From a candidate division WOR-3 bacterium (GTDB lineage Bacteria > Hydrothermota > Hydrothermia > LBFQ01 > DSFT01): DNA of 38,165 bases. The stretch is from contig CBFGJN010000014.1 of NCBI GenBank assembly GCA_965649115.1, positions 1 to 38,165 on the forward strand, in the 5' to 3' direction. Positions 19,127-29,252 of this stretch are shown here, one piece after another. The stretch's first letter is position 1. Every line of letters begins with the position of its first letter. The notes beneath the pieces are model-generated. The model ran no database searches and had not been told where the DNA came from. It worked only from the letters and a program-made list of their open reading frames with translations. The position numbers and the translations under genes are program-made.

Positions 19127-21037
19127 ATGAACGACAGAACCTTCGTTATAGCAGGTCATATAGGAAGTGGTAAAACTACACTCCTATCACAAATTCTAAA
19201 AATCACAAATGTTATTCAAAGAGCAGAAAAGTCAATTCTTGATTATGACCCTATTGAACAATCTAAAAATATGACAATAAATTTAAAAGTTTTCAAAACA
19301 AAATATAAAAACTATGATTTTCAATTTATTGATACACCAGGATTTATTGAACTTGAAGGTGAGCTTATGAGTGCAACAAGAGTTGCTGATAATATGCTAA
19401 TAGTTGTTGATATTTCTATGGGACTTGAAGTTGGAATAGAAAGAGCATTTGAAGAAGCAAAAAAATATAATTTACCTATTTTCTTTGCAATAAACAAATG
19501 TAAAAGCTATGAAAAGGATCCAGAAGAAATTGTTAATTTATTAAAGAAGAAATTTGGAAAGCAAGTCCATCCAATTCAAGTTCCTATTGGAATTGGAAAC
19601 AATTTTAGTGGTGTTTTCAATATCACTGATGGTAATTTTGAAAATCTTGAAGAAAATTTAAGAAAAAGAGCAGTTGAAGAATATAATGAATTTATTGAAG
19701 CAGTTGTTGAAACAGATGATGAATTACTTGAAAAATATATGGAAGGAAAGGAAATAACAAAAGAAGAAATACATTTAGCATTTAGAAAAGCAATTGATAA
19801 TAGTTTGTTTTATCCTGTTTTATTTGTTGATGCATTAAGTGGTATTGGAATTGCTGAACTTTTAGATTTTATAGGAGAATATGGATTATCATTTGAGGAA
19901 AGATTTGATGATAAAAACTTTACATCAATTTTAATTTTCAAAACTTATTCCGAAGCTCACTTAGGAGAAATGTTTTTATTTAGAGTTTTTACGGGGAAGG
20001 TTTATAACGGAATTGAACTAAAAAACAAAAGAACCGAAACTATTGAAAAAATATCACATTTATTTATACCATTTGGTAAGGAAAGAAAGGAAGTTAATGA
20101 ACTAAAAAGAGGTGAAATTGGTTTATTTTTAAAATTGAAAGATAGCAAAACAGGAGATACACTTTCTAATGACAGTGTAGTTTATGAATGGGTTAAATAT
20201 CCAGAACCATTATATGTTATTGGAATTAAACCAAAAACAAAAAAAGATGAAGAAAAACTTTCTGAATCATTACAAAAAATTATGGCTGAAGACCCAACAT
20301 TTACATTTAAATATGACCCCCAATTAAAACAAACATTACTTTATAGTCAAGGAGAAGTTCATGTAAATATCATATTTGAAAAATTAAAACAAAGGTTTAA
20401 TGTAGAAGTAGAAAAAGAAAGAGCAAAAGTTCCTTATAGAGAAACAATTAGAAAGAGTGCAGAAGGGCTTGGAAAATATATTAAGCAAACAGGTGGAAGA
20501 GGTCAATATGGTGTCGCTAATATAAGAATTGAACCACTTGAAAGAGGTAAAGGTTATGAATGGGTAGATAAAATTTTTGGAGGTGCTATTCCAAAAGAAT
20601 ATAGACCATATGTAGAACAAGGTGTTAAAAAAGCTATGGAAGAAGGTTTTGTTCTTGGTTATCCAATGATAGACATAAGAGTTACATTATTTGATGGTAA
20701 GTATCACGAAGTAGATTCCTCAAACTTAGCATTTGAAATAGCAGGAAGTTTGGCATTTAAAGATGCTGTAAGTAAAGCAGAACCTTATGTTTTAGAGCCA
20801 ATTTACAATGTTGAAATTTATTCCCCTGAAGAGTACATAAGTGATGTAATTTCTGAAATTAATAGTAGAAGAGGTAAAATTTTAGGAATAGAAACAAATA
20901 AAATTATCAGTCAAATGCCACTTGCTGAATTATATGATTTTTTACCTGCATTAAGAGCAAAAACAAAAGGAAGAGGTAGATTTAAAATGGAATTTTCACA
21001 TTATCAAGAAGTTCCTATAAATCTTGTTAAGCAGTGA
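19127..21037 (+). CDS. Elongation factor G paralogue (EF-G2-like)
   Basis: GHIGSGKTT, DTPGF, EDPT, QGEVH, VPYRETI, KQTGGRGQYG and YHEVDSS. The GTPase motifs are degenerate. Confidence 0.88.
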   Translation: MNDRTFVIAGHIGSGKTTLLSQILKITNVIQRAEKSILDYDPIEQSKNMTINLKVFKTKYKNYDFQFIDTPGFIELEGELMSATRVADNMLIVVDISMGLEVGIERAFEEAKKYNLPIFFAINKCKSYEKDPEEIVNLLKKKFGKQVHPIQVPIGIGNNFSGVFNITDGNFENLEENLRKRAVEEYNEFIEAVVETDDELLEKYMEGKEITKEEIHLAFRKAIDNSLFYPVLFVDALSGIGIAELLDFIGEYGLSFEERFDDKNFTSILIFKTYSEAHLGEMFLFRVFTGKVYNGIELKNKRTETIEKISHLFIPFGKERKEVNELKRGEIGLFLKLKDSKTGDTLSNDSVVYEWVKYPEPLYVIGIKPKTKKDEEKLSESLQKIMAEDPTFTFKYDPQLKQTLLYSQGEVHVNIIFEKLKQRFNVEVEKERAKVPYRETIRKSAEGLGKYIKQTGGRGQYGVANIRIEPLERGKGYEWVDKIFGGAIPKEYRPYVEQGVKKAMEEGFVLGYPMIDIRVTLFDGKYHEVDSSNLAFEIAGSLAFKDAVSKAEPYVLEPIYNVEIYSPEEYISDVISEINSRRGKILGIETNKIISQMPLAELYDFLPALRAKTKGRGRFKMEFSHYQEVPINLVKQ

Positions 21038-21849
21038 AAATTTTATTAGTTGGTAAAAATGGATTACTTGGAAGTGAATTTGATAGAATTATTGAGAGTA
21101 ATAAATTATCGCTTTCAAGAAATGAACTTGATATAACGAAATTAAGTGATGTTTTAAAAGTTGTTAAGGAATATAAACCTAATGTGATAATAAATTGTTC
21201 AGCAATTAGTAATGTTGATTATTGTGAAGAAAATATAGAACAAGCAATTTTAGTAAATACAATTGGTGTTGAAAATTTACTTATTTCAGCTATTGAAACA
21301 AAAGCATTAATCGTTCATTTCAGCACAGATTATGTATTTGATGGAAATAAGAATAATCCCTATACAATTTACGATATTCCAAATCCCATAAATATCTATG
21401 GTATTAGTAAGCTTTTAAGTGAAAAAGTTATTTTAAATAGTGGTTATGAAAATTATTTAATTATTAGAACAAGTTGGTTATTCGGCAAAGGTAGAAGTTC
21501 ATTTATAACGAAAATTTTAAATTTATTAAATCAAGATGTTATTTATATGACAGGACAAATTTCAAATCCAACTTATGTCAAAGACTTAGCTCAAAGAGTA
21601 ATGAAAATGATATTTAGAGATTATAGAGGACTTTTCCACTTAACAGGTAGTTTAAGCGTTTCAAGATATGAACTTACAAAATTTATCCTTGGAAAATTTA
21701 ATTATAGAGGAAAAATTATTTTAGTTGATGATTTTCCTTCAAAAGCAAAGAGACCAAAATTTTCTTCCTTAGATAATTACCCATTAGAGCCATTAAGAGA
21801 TTACAAAAGTGCCATTGAAGAGTTTTTAAGTGATATTATTTCTACTTAA
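21034..21849 (+). CDS. rfbD: dTDP-4-dehydrorhamnose reductase
   Basis: GKNGLLG, STDYVFDG, P.NIYGISK, IRTSWLFG and AKRP.FS.L. GTG start. Confidence 0.9.
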   Translation: MKILLVGKNGLLGSEFDRIIESNKLSLSRNELDITKLSDVLKVVKEYKPNVIINCSAISNVDYCEENIEQAILVNTIGVENLLISAIETKALIVHFSTDYVFDGNKNNPYTIYDIPNPINIYGISKLLSEKVILNSGYENYLIIRTSWLFGKGRSSFITKILNLLNQDVIYMTGQISNPTYVKDLAQRVMKMIFRDYRGLFHLTGSLSVSRYELTKFILGKFNYRGKIILVDDFPSKAKRPKFSSLDNYPLEPLRDYKSAIEEFLSDIIST

Positions 21850-24028
21850 TTTTTCTTAAAATTTCATCAACCTTATCAGGTGTTATACGAACTTCTCTTG
21901 GTTTTGGACCATCAGCAGGACCAACAATTCCAAGCTCTTCAAGTTGATCAATTATCCTTGCTGCTCTTGCAAAACCAACTTTTAATTTCCTTTGTAAAAA
22001 TGTTGCAGATGTTGTTTTCCTACCCGCAATTAATTTAATAGCTTCTTTCAATAGTGGGTCATAACTACCAGAAAACTCTAAAATTTCACTTTCTTCCTCC
22101 TCCTCAACATAAGCAGAAAATTCTTCTATTGGTTGATAATAATCACTTCTAATTTCTTCAATTGATTGAATAATCTCTTCGTCTTTCATATTCAAATTCA
22201 AATAATTTTTAATTAAATTAGAAACAATAGCTTGTTTTTCTTCAAGAGCGATATCATCATCTCTACAAAAAACACTAACATATCCATCATTGATAATTTT
22301 ATAAATAAGTTCTTCATTTGTTTTTGAAAACTTTTCTAAAAACTTTTGATTTAAATAATCAAATGTAATTTTATTAACCATTCTAATAATTTCATCTTCT
22401 GAAATAAAAGCACCATGTAATCTTTGAGGTTCAGATGAACCAGGAGGAATATAAAGCATATCACCTTTACCGAGTAATTTTTCAGCTCCCGTCGTATCAA
22501 GAATAACTCTTGAATCAACTTTTGAAGGAACTTTAAAAGCAATTCTAACAGGAAAATTAGCTTTAATTATTCCTGTAATAACATCAACTGATGGTCTTTG
22601 CGTTGCAACAATTAAATGTATTCCAACAGCTCTTGCCATTTGAGCAAGTCTTGCTATTGGTCCTTCAACCTCTTTCCCTTGCGTTAAAATTAAATCAGCA
22701 AATTCATCAATAATTATAACAATATATGGTTTATAATCACCAGTTTTATTATTATAGCTTTCAAGACTTTTAGCGCCAACTTTTGATAATAATTTATATC
22801 TATATTCCATCCAAGCAACAGCCATTTTTAGAACTTTAACAGCCATTTTTCTATCTCTTACAACAGGCATAAGCAAATGTGGAATTCCTTCATAAAGTGA
22901 TAATTCAACCATCTTAGGGTCTATTAATAAAAATCTAAGTGTTTTTGGAGTGTTTTTAAGGATTAAACTTGCTATAATTGTGTTTATACAAACTGACTTT
23001 CCTGAACCTGTTGAGCCTGCTATTAATAGATGAGGCATTTTAGATAAATCTTCATACCTTGGTTTTCCATCAACTTCAACACCAAGAGCAAATAATAATG
23101 GTTTCTTTGAATTTATAAATTCTTCATTTTCTATAAGTTTTTTGAAATAGACAATTTTTCTTTTCTTATTTGGAACTTCAATACCAATTAAACCTTTATT
23201 CGGAAGTGGAGGAGTAATTCTAACATCAGATGATTTTAATCTTAATGTTAAATCATCAGCTAAGGATTGAATTTTTGAAAGTTTTATACCAGCAGCGGGT
23301 TCAAATTCGTACCTTGTAATAACAGGTCCTATTGTCCAACTTATAACCCTACCTTTTATATTAAATTCTAAAAATTTTTCCTCTATAAGTTTTGATAAAT
23401 TTTCAAATTCAAGCTCTGAATTATCTTCTTCAAACTGAAAACTTTCAACAATATCTTTTCTAAAAACAAGTTGAGGTTTTGATTTTTCCTCTTTTACCTC
23501 CTCAAAAACAAAGTTGCTTTTATTCTCTTCAACAACAACATCATAATTTTCTTCTTTTTCTTGGATTTGTTCATTATTAGTTGATTTTTTAGATTTCATT
23601 AAAAACGGTTTTGTGCTTAAATACAAAATAGCTAAACCAATAAAGAAAAAAACTGGATATTTGAAAAATCCAATATATTCATCAATAAAATTTGGAGATT
23701 TAAAAGGAAGTTGAAGGAAAAATAGAGAAGCTAAAACACTAAAAAATAATCTCATATAATTTTGATGAACTATCGGAAACACAGCTAATGAAAGAATAAT
23801 AATAATGCTAAAAAATTTTGTAAAGAATGTATTTAAAAATTTTGAAACTTCATATCCAATAATTCCCGAAAAATTCAAATAAGGCTCTTGGTTTGGATTA
23901 TAAGAAAAAATCCCTAAAATTGACAAAATCAAAACGAAAACAAATAAATAATATAAAATCCTACTTCGGTTTATAAATCTCAAATAGTAAGAGATAAAAA
24001 CAAAAGATAAAAAAATTAAGATGCCCAC
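21842..24028 (-). CDS. ftsK: DNA translocase FtsK
   Basis: N-terminal TM segments, MPHLLIAGSTGSGKS, IDPKMVEL, IDEFADL, ATQRPSVDVITG and gamma domain LQRKLKVGFARAARIID. Confidence 0.96.
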   Translation of the reverse strand: MGILIFLSFVFISYYLRFINRSRILYYLFVFVLILSILGIFSYNPNQEPYLNFSGIIGYEVSKFLNTFFTKFFSIIIILSLAVFPIVHQNYMRLFFSVLASLFFLQLPFKSPNFIDEYIGFFKYPVFFFIGLAILYLSTKPFLMKSKKSTNNEQIQEKEENYDVVVEENKSNFVFEEVKEEKSKPQLVFRKDIVESFQFEEDNSELEFENLSKLIEEKFLEFNIKGRVISWTIGPVITRYEFEPAAGIKLSKIQSLADDLTLRLKSSDVRITPPLPNKGLIGIEVPNKKRKIVYFKKLIENEEFINSKKPLLFALGVEVDGKPRYEDLSKMPHLLIAGSTGSGKSVCINTIIASLILKNTPKTLRFLLIDPKMVELSLYEGIPHLLMPVVRDRKMAVKVLKMAVAWMEYRYKLLSKVGAKSLESYNNKTGDYKPYIVIIIDEFADLILTQGKEVEGPIARLAQMARAVGIHLIVATQRPSVDVITGIIKANFPVRIAFKVPSKVDSRVILDTTGAEKLLGKGDMLYIPPGSSEPQRLHGAFISEDEIIRMVNKITFDYLNQKFLEKFSKTNEELIYKIINDGYVSVFCRDDDIALEEKQAIVSNLIKNYLNLNMKDEEIIQSIEEIRSDYYQPIEEFSAYVEEEEESEILEFSGSYDPLLKEAIKLIAGRKTTSATFLQRKLKVGFARAARIIDQLEELGIVGPADGPKPREVRITPDKVDEILRKIK

Positions 24029-24606
24029 TACTTCTTCATCTTATATCTTGTTATGTACCTCTTTTCAAGTTTATTATCATTTATTCCAATTGGAAATAGA
24101 AATCTATAACCTTCTGAATAATCAGGTTTATCAGTCAGATAAACTACAAAATGTGGAAGCTTCGTCCAATTATCCTTACTGCCTTCCAATCTTATACTAT
24201 GTTCAGCAATACCAATGCTAATTACTGGTTTATTACCTTTATATTCAAGAAGATTATAACAACCCACTTGATTACCATTAAATAAAAACACTGCATTATC
24301 TATAACGAGAATTTCAGCATTATTATAAGAATAATAAACTGCATTAAAATCGTCCTTATTTTCAAATGCACAACCTGTAAATTTACCTTTATAATAAACC
24401 TTTATAAGTTTTGAGTATTCTAAATGAATATTCCCGAAATCCGTTTTCTTTTTCTTTATATCATCAGTTATATTTATTTTATCAATGACAGAAAAAATTT
24501 TCTTTATATCATCTTGACTATATGCAACAACTTGAAGCTCATCATCATTATAAACTTCCCTTTCATCAGCTATTTTATATATTTGAGAAAGGATAAAAAA
24601 TAACAT
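24028..24606 (-). CDS. Hypothetical exported protein
   Basis: 192-aa ORF with a short hydrophobic N-terminus (MLFFILSQ). Its stop overlaps the ftsK start. Confidence 0.65.
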   Translation of the reverse strand: MLFFILSQIYKIADEREVYNDDELQVVAYSQDDIKKIFSVIDKINITDDIKKKKTDFGNIHLEYSKLIKVYYKGKFTGCAFENKDDFNAVYYSYNNAEILVIDNAVFLFNGNQVGCYNLLEYKGNKPVISIGIAEHSIRLEGSKDNWTKLPHFVVYLTDKPDYSEGYRFLFPIGINDNKLEKRYITRYKMKK

Positions 24607-24790
24607 ATGAAAATTTTAAAGGATTTTAATTATTTACTCGTGTTGTGTCCAATAATTATGTCTAACCCTAATTTAGCAAAATTTTAATTAAATTTTAGGC
24701 TAACCTAAAAAATAATTTTTTATGCTTTAAAATTTTAAATCTAAATTTTAAAAACTTATGCTTTAAACTTTAAAAGGAGGTTAAAAAACT

Positions 24791-26635
24791 ATGATAATTC
24801 TTCTAATTGGACAAATTCAAAACCCTGATTTTGAAAATTGGAGTTATATAACAAGAGATATTCCTTTTGCGTGGGATACAATAAAAAATACAAATGCTAA
24901 TTGTTTTTGGGAAAAAGATAATACAACTTATAGAATCGGAAGTTCTTCTATAAAAATTACAATAAATAATCCATCTATTAGCGGTTATTCGTGTGCTATT
25001 GGACAAGCAAAAGGTATAACACCCAACACTACTTATAATATATCTACTTGGATTTACGATAATGACCCTAATGTATATGCAAGATTATATGTTGCCTGTT
25101 ATGACAATAATCAAAATCAGGTTGATTGGAGTTTTATAGGTTCAAATTCAAGTGATAATCCATTTTGGCAGCAAATTTCAGGAACTTATACAACACCTGC
25201 TAATTGTAATTATATAGATATTCAAATAAGAACTTATGGAAATAGTGGAAGCATAAATGTAGATGGAGTTAGCTTAACAACAGGTAGCCCTCCATCTGAA
25301 TTAAATGAAAGTTTTAATAGTTATCCACCAAGTCAATGGATTGAAGTGGATTTAGGAAATTTATTACAAATGAGAGCAAGTGCTTGTCCATTTTCAAGTG
25401 ATAATAATTGCTTTGGAATAAAATTCAGACAACAAGACCAAGACTCATCAAAATCAGGATTATCTTATTTAATGACAGATACACTTGATTTCAGTTCAAT
25501 TCAACCTGAAACACTATTATTCTATTGGAGAGTAAATACTAATAGTCCTGCTCAAACTATACCCTCTACTGATTCTATTAAAGTTGAAATATCAACGGAT
25601 TTAGGTAATAGTTGGAATAGTTTGTGGAAATGGAATGGAAGTCTATTAACAACTGCTCAATTAGTTTCAATTCCACTTGATAGTTATAATGGACTTGAAC
25701 AAGTTTTAATTAGATTTTCATTTTATAAAAATTCAACAAGTGGAAGTTCAACAACATCAAATAGATATTTTAATGTAGATTCAGTTAAGGTTAAAAATTC
25801 TTATATTTCAAGATTTAACAGACTTACAAATAGCTCTTTTGAAACTTGGCTTTATACAACAAATGATATGTTTCCCAATTATTGGAGAAAGTGGAATAAT
25901 ACTGCACCAGAAGATAATGGAAGAACTGCTCAACTTTGGATAAAAAGAGACACATTTAGATATAGTGGAAATTACTCTTTAAGAGCATTCTTTACAACAA
26001 TTTTAAACCCATTTATTGAACAAAAATTTTCAAATCCATTTAACAATTGTTCAAATTATCCAATAAGTGAGGTTGATAGTTTTGTAGTTATTTCAAATGT
26101 AAGATTTTATGATAATGATACAAAAGCAAAAGCAAGAACAGGAATTGTATGGTACTATTTAAATAATACCCAATCAGATTATCCTAATAATTATACAACA
26201 AATCAAACAAATTGGCAATTATATCAAAATAATTCAAAATTCATAGGTCCTAAACTTGGTGGAAATAACTTTGATTCAATTGCTTTTAGAATAAGATTTT
26301 ATAATGAAGGTTCATTACCAAATGCGGAAGATGGTGGTTTAATTTATGTTGATAGTGTTAATTTTAAAATTTATTGTTATGTAGGAAATATAACACCTAT
26401 TGATGTTGTTGAATATCAATTTAACGAATTTATTAACTACATTAGGATAAATATAAATGGTGTTGAAATTTCAGCTAAAAAACCAATTAAAATTTCAATT
26501 TATTCAATAAATGGCACAAAAATTTATCAATCAGATATAGAAAATAAGAAATTTATAAACCTTAAAAAGGGTGTTTATGTTTTGCTAATATATAACCAAA
26601 ACAAAATGATATTAAAAAGGAGGTTGGTGATATGA
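24791..26635 (+). CDS. Secreted protein with CBM-like/jelly-roll domains and T9SS-like CTD
   Basis: Two NxxFExW...W carbohydrate-binding-like modules, a central adhesin-like module, C-terminal IYSING...LKKGVY and a strong SD. Confidence 0.75.
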   Translation: MIILLIGQIQNPDFENWSYITRDIPFAWDTIKNTNANCFWEKDNTTYRIGSSSIKITINNPSISGYSCAIGQAKGITPNTTYNISTWIYDNDPNVYARLYVACYDNNQNQVDWSFIGSNSSDNPFWQQISGTYTTPANCNYIDIQIRTYGNSGSINVDGVSLTTGSPPSELNESFNSYPPSQWIEVDLGNLLQMRASACPFSSDNNCFGIKFRQQDQDSSKSGLSYLMTDTLDFSSIQPETLLFYWRVNTNSPAQTIPSTDSIKVEISTDLGNSWNSLWKWNGSLLTTAQLVSIPLDSYNGLEQVLIRFSFYKNSTSGSSTTSNRYFNVDSVKVKNSYISRFNRLTNSSFETWLYTTNDMFPNYWRKWNNTAPEDNGRTAQLWIKRDTFRYSGNYSLRAFFTTILNPFIEQKFSNPFNNCSNYPISEVDSFVVISNVRFYDNDTKAKARTGIVWYYLNNTQSDYPNNYTTNQTNWQLYQNNSKFIGPKLGGNNFDSIAFRIRFYNEGSLPNAEDGGLIYVDSVNFKIYCYVGNITPIDVVEYQFNEFINYIRININGVEISAKKPIKISIYSINGTKIYQSDIENKKFINLKKGVYVLLIYNQNKMILKRRLVI

Positions 26636-27402
26636 TGCTCTTTATAATATCACAAATTTTCTATGAAGGTTTTGAAGGGACTCAATTTCCACCCAGTGGA
26701 TGGACAAATACGGGAACAAGGAACTTCAAATGGGTAAGAAGGACAAGTGGTGTGGTTTTTGGAACTGCTTCCGCTGGTGTTTCAGTTGCTCAAACTTCAA
26801 GAGACAGTGGAACTGCAATTCTTCAAACACCACTTATAAACCTTCCATCAATAAACCCAAATGATACAATAATTTTCTCATTTTATTATAAACTTCCATC
26901 TGTTGGAGGTGCTTTTGATACAAGATTTAGATCAACAGATACCTTAAAAGTTCAAATATCAAATGATGGCAATAATTGGACAAATTTAATTGTTTGGGAT
27001 TCAACAAGTTTATATACAGGAGCAAATAATCAACCAAAAAAAGTTCAATTTAATATATCCTCCTATCAAAATACAAATATCTATATTAGATGGATTTTTA
27101 TAGATAAAACTTATGATACAGTTAATTACAATTCATATTTCAATATAGATTCGGTTTTTGTAGGTGTGAAAACTACTAAATCCCTTGAAAGTAAAAATAA
27201 TTTTATAAAAATTATGAAAAACACAATAGAAATAAATCCAACTGAAAAACCATTAAAATTAGAAATATATTCGCCAGATGGCAAAATCATTTATTCCACC
27301 TATACTAATCAGAAGAAATTATTATCTTTAAGGAAAGGGATATATTTCATTATTGTTTATGATAATAAGAAAGTTGTTTTAAGAAAGAAAATTGGTTTAT
27401 GA
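26632..27402 (+). CDS. Cleaved-adhesin/choice-of-anchor J-like protein with T9SS-like CTD
   Basis: FYEGFEG..FPPSGWT, LQTP.I.L, L.VQIS.DG.NW, IYIRW; C-terminus IYSPDGK...LRKGIYF. Confidence 0.72.
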   Translation: MMLFIISQIFYEGFEGTQFPPSGWTNTGTRNFKWVRRTSGVVFGTASAGVSVAQTSRDSGTAILQTPLINLPSINPNDTIIFSFYYKLPSVGGAFDTRFRSTDTLKVQISNDGNNWTNLIVWDSTSLYTGANNQPKKVQFNISSYQNTNIYIRWIFIDKTYDTVNYNSYFNIDSVFVGVKTTKSLESKNNFIKIMKNTIEINPTEKPLKLEIYSPDGKIIYSTYTNQKKLLSLRKGIYFIIVYDNKKVVLRKKIGL

Positions 27403-28589
27403 TAATTGAAGTTTATTTTAGTGGGGGCTTTATGCCCCCTGAAAGTGTAATAATAAATGCAATAAATAATGCTCAAAAAACCATAGATGTTAGTATATAT
27501 AGTTTTTGGGGAAGTCCAACAGCTGATAACATAAAAAATGCTCTAATAAATGCTAAAAACAGAAATGTAAGAATAAGAGTAATAGCAGAAAATAATACTT
27601 CAAATCCAAATTCCCAAAGTTATCCTTATATATTGTCTTTAATAAATAATAACATTCCGGTTCTTTTTGATAGTTTATCTTCTATCGGTTATGGATGTCC
27701 AAATAATAGTGGTTATCTAAATCATCAAAAATTTATAGTTATTGATAGTCAAATTGTTTTAGTTGGTTCATTTAACTTAACTTATAATGCATTAAACATA
27801 GATGCTAATGATTTATTAAAAATTAATGATAGAAATTTAGCTATTAGATTTATAAAACAATTTGAAATGATGTGGGGAAGTAATGGAAATCTTCCAAATT
27901 TATCAAATTGTAAATTTCAAAATTATAAATATGACTTAATGGAACATACATTTTATTATAATAACCAAATTTTAGATTCAATAAAGATTTTTTTCTCTCC
28001 AAAAGATGGAACATATAATGTTATTTCAAATCTCATTCATAATTCACAAGGTTCAATATATTTAGCTATGAATAAATTTACTTTATGTGATTATAGAGAT
28101 TCATTATTTCCAAAGAAAAATTACACTTTCATTTTAGTTGATAATGGCACATGGAATGATAAACCCGTTTTGAATATAAGAGGACAAAATATAACGCCTG
28201 ATGCTTATTGCCAAAATAAACCTTGGAATCCTCCCGGAAATATATTAAAAGATAATATCCCAAATAATGGTATTCTTCATTATAAATTTGCCATTTTTGA
28301 TAAATATATTGTTCTTACAGGTTCAATGAATTGGACATATAGTGGAGCAAATTACAACGATGAAGTTATTATAATCATATATTCTAAATTTTTAGCTAAT
28401 GCTTATTTTGATGAATTTAATAAAAGATGGATACAAGCGGGAGGCTCTTCTAATAAGAATGAAAATATTACTTTTAATGATAATGAAGTGGAAATTTATA
28501 GTATTGATGGTAAGTTAGTTAAAAAGCTTAAAAAAGGTGTTTATATTATCAGATTTAAAAATGGAAGTTATAAGGTTATTGTAAATTAA
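27399..28589 (+). CDS. Phospholipase D/nuclease family protein with T9SS-like CTD
   Basis: Two HKD motifs (HQKFIVID...GSFN and HYKFAIFD...GSMN); C-terminus IYSIDGKLV..LKKGVY. Confidence 0.85.
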   Translation: MIIEVYFSGGFMPPESVIINAINNAQKTIDVSIYSFWGSPTADNIKNALINAKNRNVRIRVIAENNTSNPNSQSYPYILSLINNNIPVLFDSLSSIGYGCPNNSGYLNHQKFIVIDSQIVLVGSFNLTYNALNIDANDLLKINDRNLAIRFIKQFEMMWGSNGNLPNLSNCKFQNYKYDLMEHTFYYNNQILDSIKIFFSPKDGTYNVISNLIHNSQGSIYLAMNKFTLCDYRDSLFPKKNYTFILVDNGTWNDKPVLNIRGQNITPDAYCQNKPWNPPGNILKDNIPNNGILHYKFAIFDKYIVLTGSMNWTYSGANYNDEVIIIIYSKFLANAYFDEFNKRWIQAGGSSNKNENITFNDNEVEIYSIDGKLVKKLKKGVYIIRFKNGSYKVIVN

Positions 28590-28590
28590 A

Positions 28591-28992
28591 ATGGCTATGA
28601 AAAAGCGTGTAATTTTTATATGTACCCATAACTCGGCAAGGTCAATAATGTGCGAAGCAATTTTAAAACATTTATATGGAGATTATTATGAGGTTTATTC
28701 TGCTGGAACTAATCCAACAGGTATAAAAGAATTTACAAAAGTGGTTTTGAAAGAAATAGGAATAGATATTTCTGATTTATATTCTAAAAGTATTGATGAA
28801 TTTCATAGAAAAAAATTTGATTTTGTTATAACTGTTTGTGATAGTGCTAAGGAAACTTGTCCATTCCTTCCAGTTGGAAAAAATTATATTCACAAAAGTT
28901 TTAAAGACCCTTTAACTCTTGAAGATTTTAGGGAAGTTAGAGATGAGATTTATGAATGGATTAAGGAATTTTTTAAGGTAGAGGGGGCTTAA
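28591..28992 (+). CDS. arsC: ArsC-like arsenate reductase (LMW-PTP fold)
   Basis: CTHNSARS P-loop, SAGT, ITVCDSAKETCP and DP. Confidence 0.82.
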   Translation: MAMKKRVIFICTHNSARSIMCEAILKHLYGDYYEVYSAGTNPTGIKEFTKVVLKEIGIDISDLYSKSIDEFHRKKFDFVITVCDSAKETCPFLPVGKNYIHKSFKDPLTLEDFREVRDEIYEWIKEFFKVEGA

Positions 28993-29127
28993 TAACTACC
29001 TGGCATTACGCACATATCAGTTTAGGGGTAGAAGGATATGGATTATGAGTGATAAGCTAACTTTTATGCCCCTTCCTCTTTAAACGAGCGTTGTATATTA
29101 TTCCATCATAAGCCTTGTTTTATTATA

Positions 29128-29250
29128 TTTTCTCCACCCACCCTGAAATAAAGGCTATACCTTTAAAATGCCCATTTTTCGGCTATGGGGGGCGGAGCCC
29201 CCTATAAAAAACCCGCAATAAAATTATTACACTGATATCTACTGAATACC
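29128..29250. repeat. MITE-related fragment
   Basis: CCACCCACCCT core, AAAATGCCCAT and CCCCTATAAAAAACCC.CAATAAAATTATTAC.CTGATAT, matching 1960-2000. Confidence 0.65.
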
Positions 29251-29252
29251 AA

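Noticed and set aside
29001..29115. Possible transposase remnant or second IS end (GGCATTACGCACATATCAGTTTA, similar to 1875-1897)
   Set aside because: The ~23-bp similarity is real, but no partner TIR or convincing transposase translation could be shown.
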